Positions 56,885 through 64,000 of a stretch of DNA of 64,000 nt are shown piece by piece; positions within the stretch are counted from its first letter, which is position 1, and each line of letters opens with the position of its first letter. Source of the stretch: an uncultured Pseudomonadales bacterium (GTDB lineage: Bacteria > Pseudomonadota > Gammaproteobacteria > Pseudomonadales > Azotimanducaceae); assembly GCA_964348085.1 (NCBI GenBank), contig CAYGBI010000012.1, positions 215 to 64,214 on the forward strand, written 5' to 3'. The translations under genes were made by a program, and so were the position numbers. The notes below the pieces were generated by a model. The model worked only from the letters and a program-made list of their open reading frames with translations, did not search any database and was not told the DNA's origin.

Positions 56885-57175
56885 GGAAGACCTACGCAGT
56901 GTCGTCAACGCTGACCACAGGCGCATTTTGCCAAAGCAAAGTAGAACTGTCCCCTTCTCTCCGAATTGAGAAATGACGCCTTGGTACGGAGCGGCCTCGG
57001 CCTTGAAGCCAGCGCCCATATGGTCCAGTGCCGGACCCCGTTCCAGTGGACCGTCGGTGAAGTCGGACGGGCGGAGCTGGCCTGGCGGATGGGCTGTCGG
57101 AACATGAGTCCTGTTGGCGCTTGAGTAGGACAGGAATACTTCGTCGGCAACAGACAACGGCGAGTGGGGAAACCG

Positions 57176-57580
57176 TCAGGGGTGACTGAGGATTGCCTCC
57201 GCGATCGGCCCAATTCTCGGAGGCTCGGTGTCGTCCAGCGCGAACCAAGGCATGCGTCGGACGATCCAAGGCATCACAGTGGCGGGAAAGCGCTCTGGGT
57301 CGCCAACAACGACGGGAATCAGGCGGTTGCTGTAGTTTTTTGACCCAAGCGCATACTCGATGTTGCGTTTGACGTCAGGCGACGTGGCGGTCGCCGGCGT
57401 GAGCAGGACGACCATGGCTTCAGATTCTTCCAAGGCTCGCGCAACCTCGCTCGCCCAGTTATCACCGGGGAGGTGGTCGCGGTGTGGATCGGACACCTCC
57501 AGACCGTTGTCGGCAAGCGCCTTGCGGACGCGCTCGGCAAGGGCAGCGTCGGCGTGCGCGTAACTCAGGAAGACCTTCAC
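57176..57580 (-). CDS. stand-alone TIR-domain protein (134 aa)
   Basis: GTG start. KVFLSYAHAD is the bacterial TIR beta-A motif. A conserved-position Glu candidate lies in SPDVKRNIEYAL. No additional domain is present. Confidence 0.75.
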   Translation of the reverse strand: MKVFLSYAHADAALAERVRKALADNGLEVSDPHRDHLPGDNWASEVARALEESEAMVVLLTPATATSPDVKRNIEYALGSKNYSNRLIPVVVGDPERFPATVMPWIVRRMPWFALDDTEPPRIGPIAEAILSHP

Positions 57581-57667
57581 TGATGCGCGCGTCGGTTGAC
57601 GACTTTAACCTGTGATCTTCGCAACGTAGCAAGTGTGTGGCAGGCTGTCATGTCCGTTGTAGCGGCT

Positions 57668-57800
57668 CTATCGGCGCAGCACACTGGCACCGAAGAACCA
57701 GGCAGCTTCCGAGGTGACAAAGTACTCGTTGGGCGTCCGATACCCCAGCGCGGCCACGAGGTCCATCGGGAAGCGTTTAGCACTACTGGCGGTCCGCGAG
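57668..57800 (-). mobile_element. short remnant of an rve-type (IS3/IS481-like) transposase C-terminus
   Basis: The minus-strand translation contains ...DLVAALGYRTPNEYF..., resembling the conserved (S/A)LGY(R/L)TP.E motif at the end of DDE integrase-core transposases. No intact ORF or inverted repeats were seen. Confidence 0.3.
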
Positions 57801-57987
57801 CAGCCGTGAGAAGCGGGTGTTGGACGCCATGCTTCTGGCCGTGCCGACGCGACGAAACGGCGCTCCTCATTGACAAACAACATACTGGTAGCAACGCTCT
57901 GCCGACAGACTGTCGGATCCCAGTTGGCGCCGAGGTTGATCCGGCCTGTTTGACGAATCCCGAGAAAGAGAATCCAAGGAGAAAACC

Positions 57988-58242
57988 ATGACTCGAAAGA
58001 CCGACCTGCTTGATCGCATCACCGTTCGCCCGGATGTCTTCGGCGGCAAGCCGATCATCCGCGATATGCGGATTGCCGTAGAGCACGTCTTGGGAAAGCT
58101 GGCCGCAGGCGATACTGCCGAGACGATACTGAGCGAGTATCCGTTTCTCGAACCGGAGGACATCCAAGCATGTCTGGTCTTCGCTCATCGTTCGATGGCC
58201 GGCGAGCGTGTATATGATCTGGTCACTGTCCGAGAGGCATAG
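57988..58242 (+). CDS. DUF433-domain protein (putative antitoxin)
   Basis: ITVRPDVFGGKPIIRDMRIAVEHVL...EDI..CL is typical of DUF433. The stop overlaps the downstream GTG. Confidence 0.8.
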   Translation: MTRKTDLLDRITVRPDVFGGKPIIRDMRIAVEHVLGKLAAGDTAETILSEYPFLEPEDIQACLVFAHRSMAGERVYDLVTVREA

Positions 58243-58616
58243 TGAGGTTTCTCTTGGATGTCTGCGTCGCATCGCGCGTTCTGCACACGACGTTGACTGG
58301 CCTCGGGCACGATGTCCTCTCTGCTCGCGACGGCTACGCAAGTGCTTGGGACCAAGAGTTGCTTGAACTCGCATACCGGGAAAACCGCGTACTTGTCACC
58401 GAGGACAAGGACTTCGGGGAACTCGTTTTTCTGCGTCGGCTTCCTCACCCCTGCGTCGTGCGGTTGGACGGTCTGACAGCTACGGAAGAATCAGTCGCCA
58501 TGCGCAACCTGATCGAACGCCATGCGGATGCGATGCGCGAGGGAGCGATCATTGTCGTCACCGGCGGGCGCGTGCGCATACGACCGGCAACAAGCGCCGG
58601 TCGCAACGACAACTAG
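58242..58616 (+). CDS. DUF5615 PIN-like protein (putative toxin)
   Basis: MRFLLDVCV...VLVTEDKDFGELV pattern of DUF5615/Mut7-C-like PIN proteins that pair with DUF433. Confidence 0.75.
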   Translation: MRFLLDVCVASRVLHTTLTGLGHDVLSARDGYASAWDQELLELAYRENRVLVTEDKDFGELVFLRRLPHPCVVRLDGLTATEESVAMRNLIERHADAMREGAIIVVTGGRVRIRPATSAGRNDN

Positions 58617-58760
58617 ACATCCTTGTGTAAGACCGGCTCGCCGGCGGGACGCAGAACACATCCCCGGTGCTCATCCTCGTCGCCCAGTTTTGGCGGCGGA
58701 AAAGCCCCATACGCTGACCGCGCTCTCTCCCGACGCCTACTTACTGACGCTTTCGATTGA

Positions 58761-58854
58761 CTGGCGAAACGGTAGTGTAGCGACTGGTGAAACGGTAGTG
58801 TAAACAGTGGCGAAACGGTAGTGTAGTAACAGTGGAACGGGTGGTGGGTAGGTG
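58761..58854 (+). repeat. 3.5 tandem direct repeats of 23-25 bp (core GGCGAAACGGTAGTGTA) abutting the ATPase start codon
   Basis: Units lie at 58761..58783, 58784..58806 and 58807..58831, with a degenerate fourth at 58832..58854 that includes the GTG start at 58852. Confidence 0.85.
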
Positions 58855-60138
58855 CAGTACGAAGTGAAGTACCGACGGCGCGTGGTGGATGAGGAACTCG
58901 ACGAGCTGATGTCCGAGTTGCCGGCTATTGCGCTGGAAGGTCCCCGCGGCGTGGGTAAAACCGCCACCGCGGAGCGGCGGGCGCGGACCGCGCATTACTT
59001 GGACGACCCGGCACAGCGGGCGGTGGCCGAAGCCGACCCGGCCCTGATGCTGTCGGGGGAGCCGCCCGTACTGATCGACGAATGGCAGCGGGTTCCGGGG
59101 GTCTGGGACGCCGTGCGGCGGGCGGTGGACCGAGGATGCGCTCCTGGGAGCTACCTGCTGACGGGTTCCGCAGGGCCTGTCACGCCGCCGTCGCATTCGG
59201 GGGCGGGCCGGATCGTAACGTTGCGGATGCGCCCGATGTCGTTGTTCGAGCGTGGGTGCGGAAAGCCCACGGTAAGTCTTTCGAAGCTGCTGCGGGGCGG
59301 CGGACAGGCCGAAGTGTCGGGAAGCACGGAAATCTCCCTCGGGGACTATGTGCGGGAGATCGTGCAGTCGGGCCTACCGGGTATCCGGGGGCTCGGGAGC
59401 CGGGCGCTGCGACGGCAACTGGATGGTTACCTGCGGCGCATCGTGGACACCGACTTTCGGGAGCAGGGGCACGTTGCCCGCCGCCCGGAGATGCTGGAGC
59501 GATGGATCGCGGCTTATGCGGCGGCGACCGCCACGCCCGCGTCCTACGAGACTATCCGCGACGCGGCAACCGGAGGCACGGGTAACAAGCCTTCGAAGAC
59601 CGCCACACAGCCCTACCGCGAGATACTGGAACGGATGTGGGTCGTCGATCCCGTGTCGGCTTGGCTGCCTACGCGCAACCGGCTGAACCGGTTGGGTCAA
59701 CCGCCGAAGCATCACTTGGCCGACCCTGCGCTGGCGGCGCGTGCGCTGGGCCTAGACGAGAACGCCTTGCTGAACGGAAAGCAACCCGGGCGGCGAATTC
59801 CCCGCGAAGCAACGTTGTTGGGGCATCTGTTCGAGTCGCTGGTGACGCTGAGCATACGGGTCTTCGCTCAAGCCTGCGAGGCTCGGGTCCGTCATTTGCG
59901 GACGCACGGCGGAAGGCAGGAGGTCGACCTGATCGTGGAGCGAGCCGACCAGCGGGTCGTGGCCTTCGAGGTGAAGTTGGGCGGGGTGGTGGCGAACGCC
60001 GACGTCAAACACCTGCTGTGGTTGCGTGAGCAACTTGGAGACGATCTGCTGGATGCGGCAGTGATCCACACAGGCTCGCAGGCCTATCGGCGCACAGACG
60101 GCATCGCCGTGATTCCCGCCGCGCTACTCGGGGCATGA
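58852..60138 (+). CDS. AAA-family ATPase with DUF4143-type C-terminal domain (COG1373-like)
   Basis: Walker A GPRGVGKT, Walker B VLIDEWQ, and a C-terminal region resembling DUF4143 (EVDLIVERADQRVVAFEVK). Confidence 0.8.
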   Translation: MQYEVKYRRRVVDEELDELMSELPAIALEGPRGVGKTATAERRARTAHYLDDPAQRAVAEADPALMLSGEPPVLIDEWQRVPGVWDAVRRAVDRGCAPGSYLLTGSAGPVTPPSHSGAGRIVTLRMRPMSLFERGCGKPTVSLSKLLRGGGQAEVSGSTEISLGDYVREIVQSGLPGIRGLGSRALRRQLDGYLRRIVDTDFREQGHVARRPEMLERWIAAYAAATATPASYETIRDAATGGTGNKPSKTATQPYREILERMWVVDPVSAWLPTRNRLNRLGQPPKHHLADPALAARALGLDENALLNGKQPGRRIPREATLLGHLFESLVTLSIRVFAQACEARVRHLRTHGGRQEVDLIVERADQRVVAFEVKLGGVVANADVKHLLWLREQLGDDLLDAAVIHTGSQAYRRTDGIAVIPAALLGA

Positions 60139-60399
60139 TCGCGGATCGGGTGGGTGTGATTGGGGCGGTGGTGGAAACGTTGCGGCAGCACGGTGCAGCG
60201 AGACGGCTGGGATCGGGGTGCGGCAAGTCAAGCGGCTGGCTTGGCGGTACCGGTTTACAGTCCAGTGGGGCTAGTGTCGGGGCATCGTAGGAATGGTTGA
60301 CCCTCTTTCCCTCTTAATTACGGAAAGTGCCGTCAAGTTCCTTGACTGGCCGGCGGGGAGCAGGTTAAGCGGCTTGTCGGCAGGCCGACCACCGGGATC

Positions 60400-61095
60400 T
60401 CAAGATAGTCCGTTATCGTCGAGACGCCGTTTTTCGTGAACCGCAGCGATTTGCTGGCCGTCCCAGACATAGCAGAGATGCCGCTCTTGCCGGGCGTTCG
60501 AGAGAAGGGGTGGACGGAATACGGCGGCGCACTCGCCCCCAAGCCGGCGGACGCTGTCGTAGGTGATGCCGTTGGCCCCAGCCTGACGCAGCGTTTTCCC
60601 CAAACGCTGACCTGCCGCGTAGTTGTGGGCGTGGTAGATGAGCGGCTGCGTGTCCTGCTGTCCGCGCAAGTCATGCATATCTCCCTGGAGGTCGACGAGA
60701 TAGACCCGCATGTCCAGTTCCATACGAGGCTGCGCGGTGGCGCGCATGAACTGCTGGCGGTGGTACTTGGTTTCAGCGATGGCCGTGTCGAGGTCGTTGG
60801 CGGCATAGAAGACGCCGTAAGTGCCATCCGAGAACCGGCTGCCATGTGGATTCAGGTGGGTGAACGCCGCCATGACGACGCTGGCACCCGGTCCGCTGAC
60901 CTGGTCCTCGGGCGGCACAAGACGGACATCGCCGGCCTCGTTGCGAAGCCTGAGGTTGGTCAGCGCGTCCAACTCGAAGATCGCTTCCAGATCCTGTGAC
61001 TCCGTCACCCTCTCGAAGAGTTGAATCGGCGGAAATCGGCTGGGGATGATCCGCCGGCACGGCTTCCACTCGATGCGGACAACCGGCGGCGTCAC
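60400..61095 (-). CDS. RES-domain toxin (NAD+-targeting RES family)
   Basis: The GTG at 61095 overlaps the antitoxin stop. RES-like pattern (R...GSRFSDGTYGVFYAANDLDTAIAE...S). The portion of tracked ORF 60400..61548 upstream of this GTG is not supported. Confidence 0.8.
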   Translation of the reverse strand: MTPPVVRIEWKPCRRIIPSRFPPIQLFERVTESQDLEAIFELDALTNLRLRNEAGDVRLVPPEDQVSGPGASVVMAAFTHLNPHGSRFSDGTYGVFYAANDLDTAIAETKYHRQQFMRATAQPRMELDMRVYLVDLQGDMHDLRGQQDTQPLIYHAHNYAAGQRLGKTLRQAGANGITYDSVRRLGGECAAVFRPPLLSNARQERHLCYVWDGQQIAAVHEKRRLDDNGLS

Positions 61096-61490
61096 ATCCA
61101 GCCGCCCCGCTCTGCGTCGAGGTACTGGCGAACCACGAAAAGATCTGCCACTTGGCCGGACAACATCCGTTCGAGCGCCGGCCGACTGCCGAACAGGGGT
61201 GCTGCGTTCGGTCGCCTCACCCATTCGTCGGCTGCCCTTTCGTCGGGCAGCAGAATCTGAAGCGCCTTGTAGATGCCGACAATGTAGGAAATCCGCTCCA
61301 GCGTATCTTTGGGTAGAACGACGTTCGGATCCTTCTTCCACTTGAAGAAGGTCGATCGGGCTGCCACGCCGAGGAGGATCATCTGTTCTTTGACCGAGAG
61401 GCCCCAAAGCTCGGCAATTCGAAAGAACGTGCGCAGCGCGGGGCCAGATAGGTTCTTGCGGTCCGTCGCCTTTGCCTTGCGTGCGATCAT
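61092..61490 (-). CDS. Xre-like antitoxin with DUF2384 domain (MbcA/ParS type)
   Basis: DUF2384 C-terminal pattern (PNAAPLFGSRPALERMLSGQVADLFVVRQYLDAERGGW). ATG at 61490 (alternative TTG at 61502). Lies upstream of, and overlapping, the RES gene. Confidence 0.8.
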   Translation of the reverse strand: MIARKAKATDRKNLSGPALRTFFRIAELWGLSVKEQMILLGVAARSTFFKWKKDPNVVLPKDTLERISYIVGIYKALQILLPDERAADEWVRRPNAAPLFGSRPALERMLSGQVADLFVVRQYLDAERGGWM

Positions 61491-61507
61491 GGGTTGGTCC
61501 AAATATG

Positions 61508-61525
61508 TATATTGTTGCTAATATA
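61508..61525. promoter_or_regulatory. perfect inverted repeat TATATT-N6-AATATA upstream of the Xre-RES operon (candidate operator / -10 region)
   Basis: TATATTGTTGCTAATATA lies 18-35 nt upstream of the antitoxin ATG, in an AT-rich patch that is unusual for this window. Confidence 0.5.
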
Positions 61526-61554
61526 GTCCATAAATGAACTTCATGCAAGAGCCT

Positions 61555-61577
61555 GACGGCCGCGGGCCGTCCGTTTT
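61555..61577 (+). terminator. intrinsic-terminator-like hairpin (GACGGCC-GCG-GGCCGTC followed by CGTTTT)
   Basis: 7-bp GC-rich stem, 3-nt loop and a T-tract on the plus strand. No plus-strand gene lies upstream of it. Confidence 0.3.
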
Positions 61578-61749
61578 AAAGCGACGGCACCGCCAGTAGC
61601 GCAGATGATGATCTTGGTGAGCGGATTGATCGCCGGCCCGGCACAAGTGTACATTCCGTGACGCCCACCAATTCAGTCACTACACTGGCTGACGGCTCGA
61701 AGACAAACGCCCAAAGCGCAAGGCGCTCGCGCCAATAGCCGAGGCACAC

Positions 61750-63438
61750 ATGAAGAAACTGGCAATCACGCTCGCGACGCTCGCGATTCTGGCTTGCTTG
61801 GGCTACTGGTATCGGCTGGAGCTGCTGATCGCGGTCTTGCCGATTGTCGACGACATCCGCGAACCCATCGGCGCACATCGCGCCGTGGCGTGGCGCGAAG
61901 GCCCGGCCAACGCCACAACGCCGCCGCTCGAACGGCCACCCAACATCGTCGTCATTCTCGCCGACGACTTGGGCTTCAACGACATCTCCTTCACCAATGG
62001 CGGTGCCGCCGACGGCACACTGCAAACGCCGAACATTGACTCCATCGCCCGAAACGGCGTTGCCTTCAGCAACGGCTATGCGGCCAACGCAGTCTGCGCC
62101 CCTTCCCGGGCAGCGATTATGACTGGCCGGTATTCAACGCGATTCGGCTTCGAGTACACGCCCTTTCCGAGGGTTGGGGTGACGATCTTCCAGTGGATGG
62201 CCGACGCCAATCCCGGCCTGCTGCCGGTGACCATCCACCACGACCTCGCCGAAGCCCTGCCGCCGATGCACGAACTCGGCATGCCAACGAGCGAGGTCAC
62301 TATTGCCGAGGTGCTCAGGGAAGGCGGCTATCAAACCGCCCATATCGGCAAGTGGCACCTCGGCGGCGCCGTTGGCTCGCGGCCGATCGATCAAGGATTC
62401 GACGACAGCTTGAACATGGCGAGCGGGTTGTATCTGCCCAAGGACTCGCCCGACGTGGTCAATGCCGAACTCCCATTCAGTTCCATCGACAAGATGGTGT
62501 GGGCGTCGATGCGCTACGCCGCAACCTTCAACGGTGGCGAGTTGTTCGAACCGAAGGGATACCTGACCGACTACTACACGGACGAAGCGCTACGGGTGAT
62601 CGACGCCAATCGCAACCGGCCGTTCTTCCTCTATCTCTCCCACTGGGGAGTACACAACCCCCTGCAAGCCTCGCGGGAGGACTACGATGCGTTGTCGCAC
62701 ATCGAAGATCACGCCCTGCGCGTCTATGCAGGCATGATTCGCGCCTTGGACCGAAGCGTGGGCAGAGTGCTGGCGGCGCTTCGCGAACATGGCTTGGAGG
62801 AGAACACGCTGGTGATCTTCACCAGCGACAATGGCGGCGCCGGCTACCTTGGGTTACCCGATATCAACAAGCCCTACCGCGGTTGGAAGCTGACGTTGTT
62901 CGAGGGTGGCATTCACGTGCCGTTCTTCATGCAGTGGCCGGCGAAGATCGACCCCGGCACGGTCTTCGACCACCCCGTTGGCCACATCGACATCTTCTCG
63001 ACGGCCGCGGCGGCGGGCAATGTCGCCTTGCCGACAGATCGCGTCGTCGATGGCGTGGACCTCCTGCCGCACGTAATCGGGCAGACCCCTACGCCGCCTC
63101 ACGAGACCCTGTTTTGGCGGGAAGGCCACCACCAAGTGGTCTTGCATGACGGATGGAAACTCGTCGTTTCCAAGCGGGCGCCCGGCCACGAGACGCCCCC
63201 CGGCGAAGAGGCGAACCAACGCTGGCTGTTCGACATGCGCGACGATCCCACCGAACGTCGAAACGTCGCACGACGGATGCCGGAACGGGTGACCGAGTTG
63301 CAGGCGCTGCTCGACGAACACAACGCCGCGCAGGCCGAACCGATGTGGCCAAGCATCGTCGACTCGCCGCAGCTCATCGACAAAACCGAAGCGGAAGCCT
63401 ACGTCGAAGGCGACGAGTACATCTACTGGCCGAATTAA
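61750..63438 (+). CDS. formylglycine-dependent sulfatase (arylsulfatase family)
   Basis: N-terminal anchor or signal peptide, the CAPSRAAIMTGRY sulfatase signature, and the GKWHLG motif. Confidence 0.9.
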   Translation: MKKLAITLATLAILACLGYWYRLELLIAVLPIVDDIREPIGAHRAVAWREGPANATTPPLERPPNIVVILADDLGFNDISFTNGGAADGTLQTPNIDSIARNGVAFSNGYAANAVCAPSRAAIMTGRYSTRFGFEYTPFPRVGVTIFQWMADANPGLLPVTIHHDLAEALPPMHELGMPTSEVTIAEVLREGGYQTAHIGKWHLGGAVGSRPIDQGFDDSLNMASGLYLPKDSPDVVNAELPFSSIDKMVWASMRYAATFNGGELFEPKGYLTDYYTDEALRVIDANRNRPFFLYLSHWGVHNPLQASREDYDALSHIEDHALRVYAGMIRALDRSVGRVLAALREHGLEENTLVIFTSDNGGAGYLGLPDINKPYRGWKLTLFEGGIHVPFFMQWPAKIDPGTVFDHPVGHIDIFSTAAAAGNVALPTDRVVDGVDLLPHVIGQTPTPPHETLFWREGHHQVVLHDGWKLVVSKRAPGHETPPGEEANQRWLFDMRDDPTERRNVARRMPERVTELQALLDEHNAAQAEPMWPSIVDSPQLIDKTEAEAYVEGDEYIYWPN

Positions 63439-63511
63439 CCACGCTCGTTCAGCACACAGCCACAGAACGGATTGCCATCGACGGTGGAGCTGAAACCATC
63501 ACCCACCGCAC

Positions 63512-63961
63512 TTACGAAGCTCGCAGTTCCTCGGCGCGTTTCCGTAGGTGCTTGACTATACGTTCGGGCGCGAAGTCGAGTTGCGCCATGGCCATGCCGG
63601 TATTGAACTGCTCCCGATAGCGGGAAATCAGCTCGCCGGCGAAAGTAAATTGCGCAATGCCGTCGAACACCACGGTATTCCCGGCCACATTTGGCAGTTT
63701 CGATGCGTAGCTGAATAGGTAGCGGGCATAGCCGACGGTGCCGTCGCATACCGGCTCGAACATCCGCCAAGTGAACCCTTCGGCGTGGCCCCAGAACTTC
63801 TCTTCCAGCATTCGACGAATCGCTTCAGTGCCTATGGCAGCGCCGTAGAAACCGTCGTGATAGACGCCGTCCGGTGTGAACAGGCGCGCGAGCGCTTGGC
63901 CATCGCCGGCTTCGACGGCGGCAGTGAAGCGGTTTAACACGGTTGTGAAGTCGACGCTCAT
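63512..63961 (-). CDS. SnoaL-like / NTF2-fold protein
   Basis: 149 aa with an N-terminal pattern (FTAAVEAGDGQALARLFTPDGVYHDG) typical of SnoaL-like polyketide-cyclase-fold proteins. Confidence 0.7.
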   Translation of the reverse strand: MSVDFTTVLNRFTAAVEAGDGQALARLFTPDGVYHDGFYGAAIGTEAIRRMLEEKFWGHAEGFTWRMFEPVCDGTVGYARYLFSYASKLPNVAGNTVVFDGIAQFTFAGELISRYREQFNTGMAMAQLDFAPERIVKHLRKRAEELRAS

Positions 63962-64000
63962 TGGGGTTCCTCGTTTGGCATTGGTTTGTGGCGTGTTGTG

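Noticed and set aside
57050-57105. Possible seventh, degenerate copy of the dispersed repeat (GAAGTCGGACGGGCGGAGCTGGCCTGGCGGATGGGCTG)
   Set aside because: Only the GAAGTC-GACGG and GGCGG-TGGGCTG blocks match. It is too diverged to call by eye and needs a profile search.
57176-57580. Thoeris system call for the TIR gene
   Set aside because: No ThsA-like (SIR2-SLOG or Macro-TM) gene is adjacent, so a Thoeris assignment is not supported. It is reported only as an orphan TIR.
57577-58374. 265-aa minus-strand ORF
   Set aside because: Its 5' half is antisense to the DUF433 and PIN-like genes, which have clear family signatures. The remainder covers the degenerate IS remnant. There is no coherent domain.
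58761-58854. Possible CRISPR array
   Set aside because: The repeats are directly adjacent with no spacers, there are only 3.5 units, and no cas genes are present. It is better described as tandem direct repeats.
61096-61548. Upstream extension of the RES ORF (tracked as 60400..61548, 382 aa)
   Set aside because: It overlaps the DUF2384 antitoxin gene in another frame. The RES-domain similarity starts at the GTG that overlaps the antitoxin stop.

Overview
High-GC proteobacterial chromosomal window. A gamma-type LexA box and the truA-trpFBA-folC-dedD-cvpA-purF synteny suggest a Gammaproteobacterium of the Xanthomonadales/Nevskiales type. About 60 genes are supportable. The housekeeping backbone is trpFBA, truA, folC, purF, purM, folD, lpxH, hda, serA and tesB. 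It is interleaved with accessory metabolism: a TRAP transporter, four Fe(II)/2OG-type dioxygenases, hydrolases, a sulfatase, an acyl-CoA dehydrogenase, a CoA-transferase and an NRPS-like A-T-R reductase. A defense/toxin-antitoxin island occupies roughly 51.2-61.5 kb. It holds an Eco29kI-like restriction-modification pair, an orphan TIR protein, a DUF433/PIN-like pair, an AAA ATPase preceded by direct repeats, and an Xre-RES pair. Six signals go beyond routine annotation. (1) An in-frame TGA fuses two tracked ORFs into a 175-aa UGSC-motif selenoprotein candidate at the end of a TRAP operon. (2) A consensus LexA box overlaps a promoter upstream of a truncated DUF222 gene, arsC and an ATP-dependent DNA ligase. 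(3) A ~100-bp CTAG-bounded palindromic repeat family has at least six copies sitting on gene stop codons. (4) Back-to-back 3' fragments of an MFS gene and an amidase gene form a Campbell-type or tandem-duplication scar with non-homologous cores. (5) 23-bp direct repeats run into the start codon of an AAA ATPase. (6) A minimal TIR protein lies beside an IS remnant. No rRNA, tRNA, CRISPR array or intact transposase/integrase was seen. All family calls rest on motif recognition by eye and were not checked by database search.
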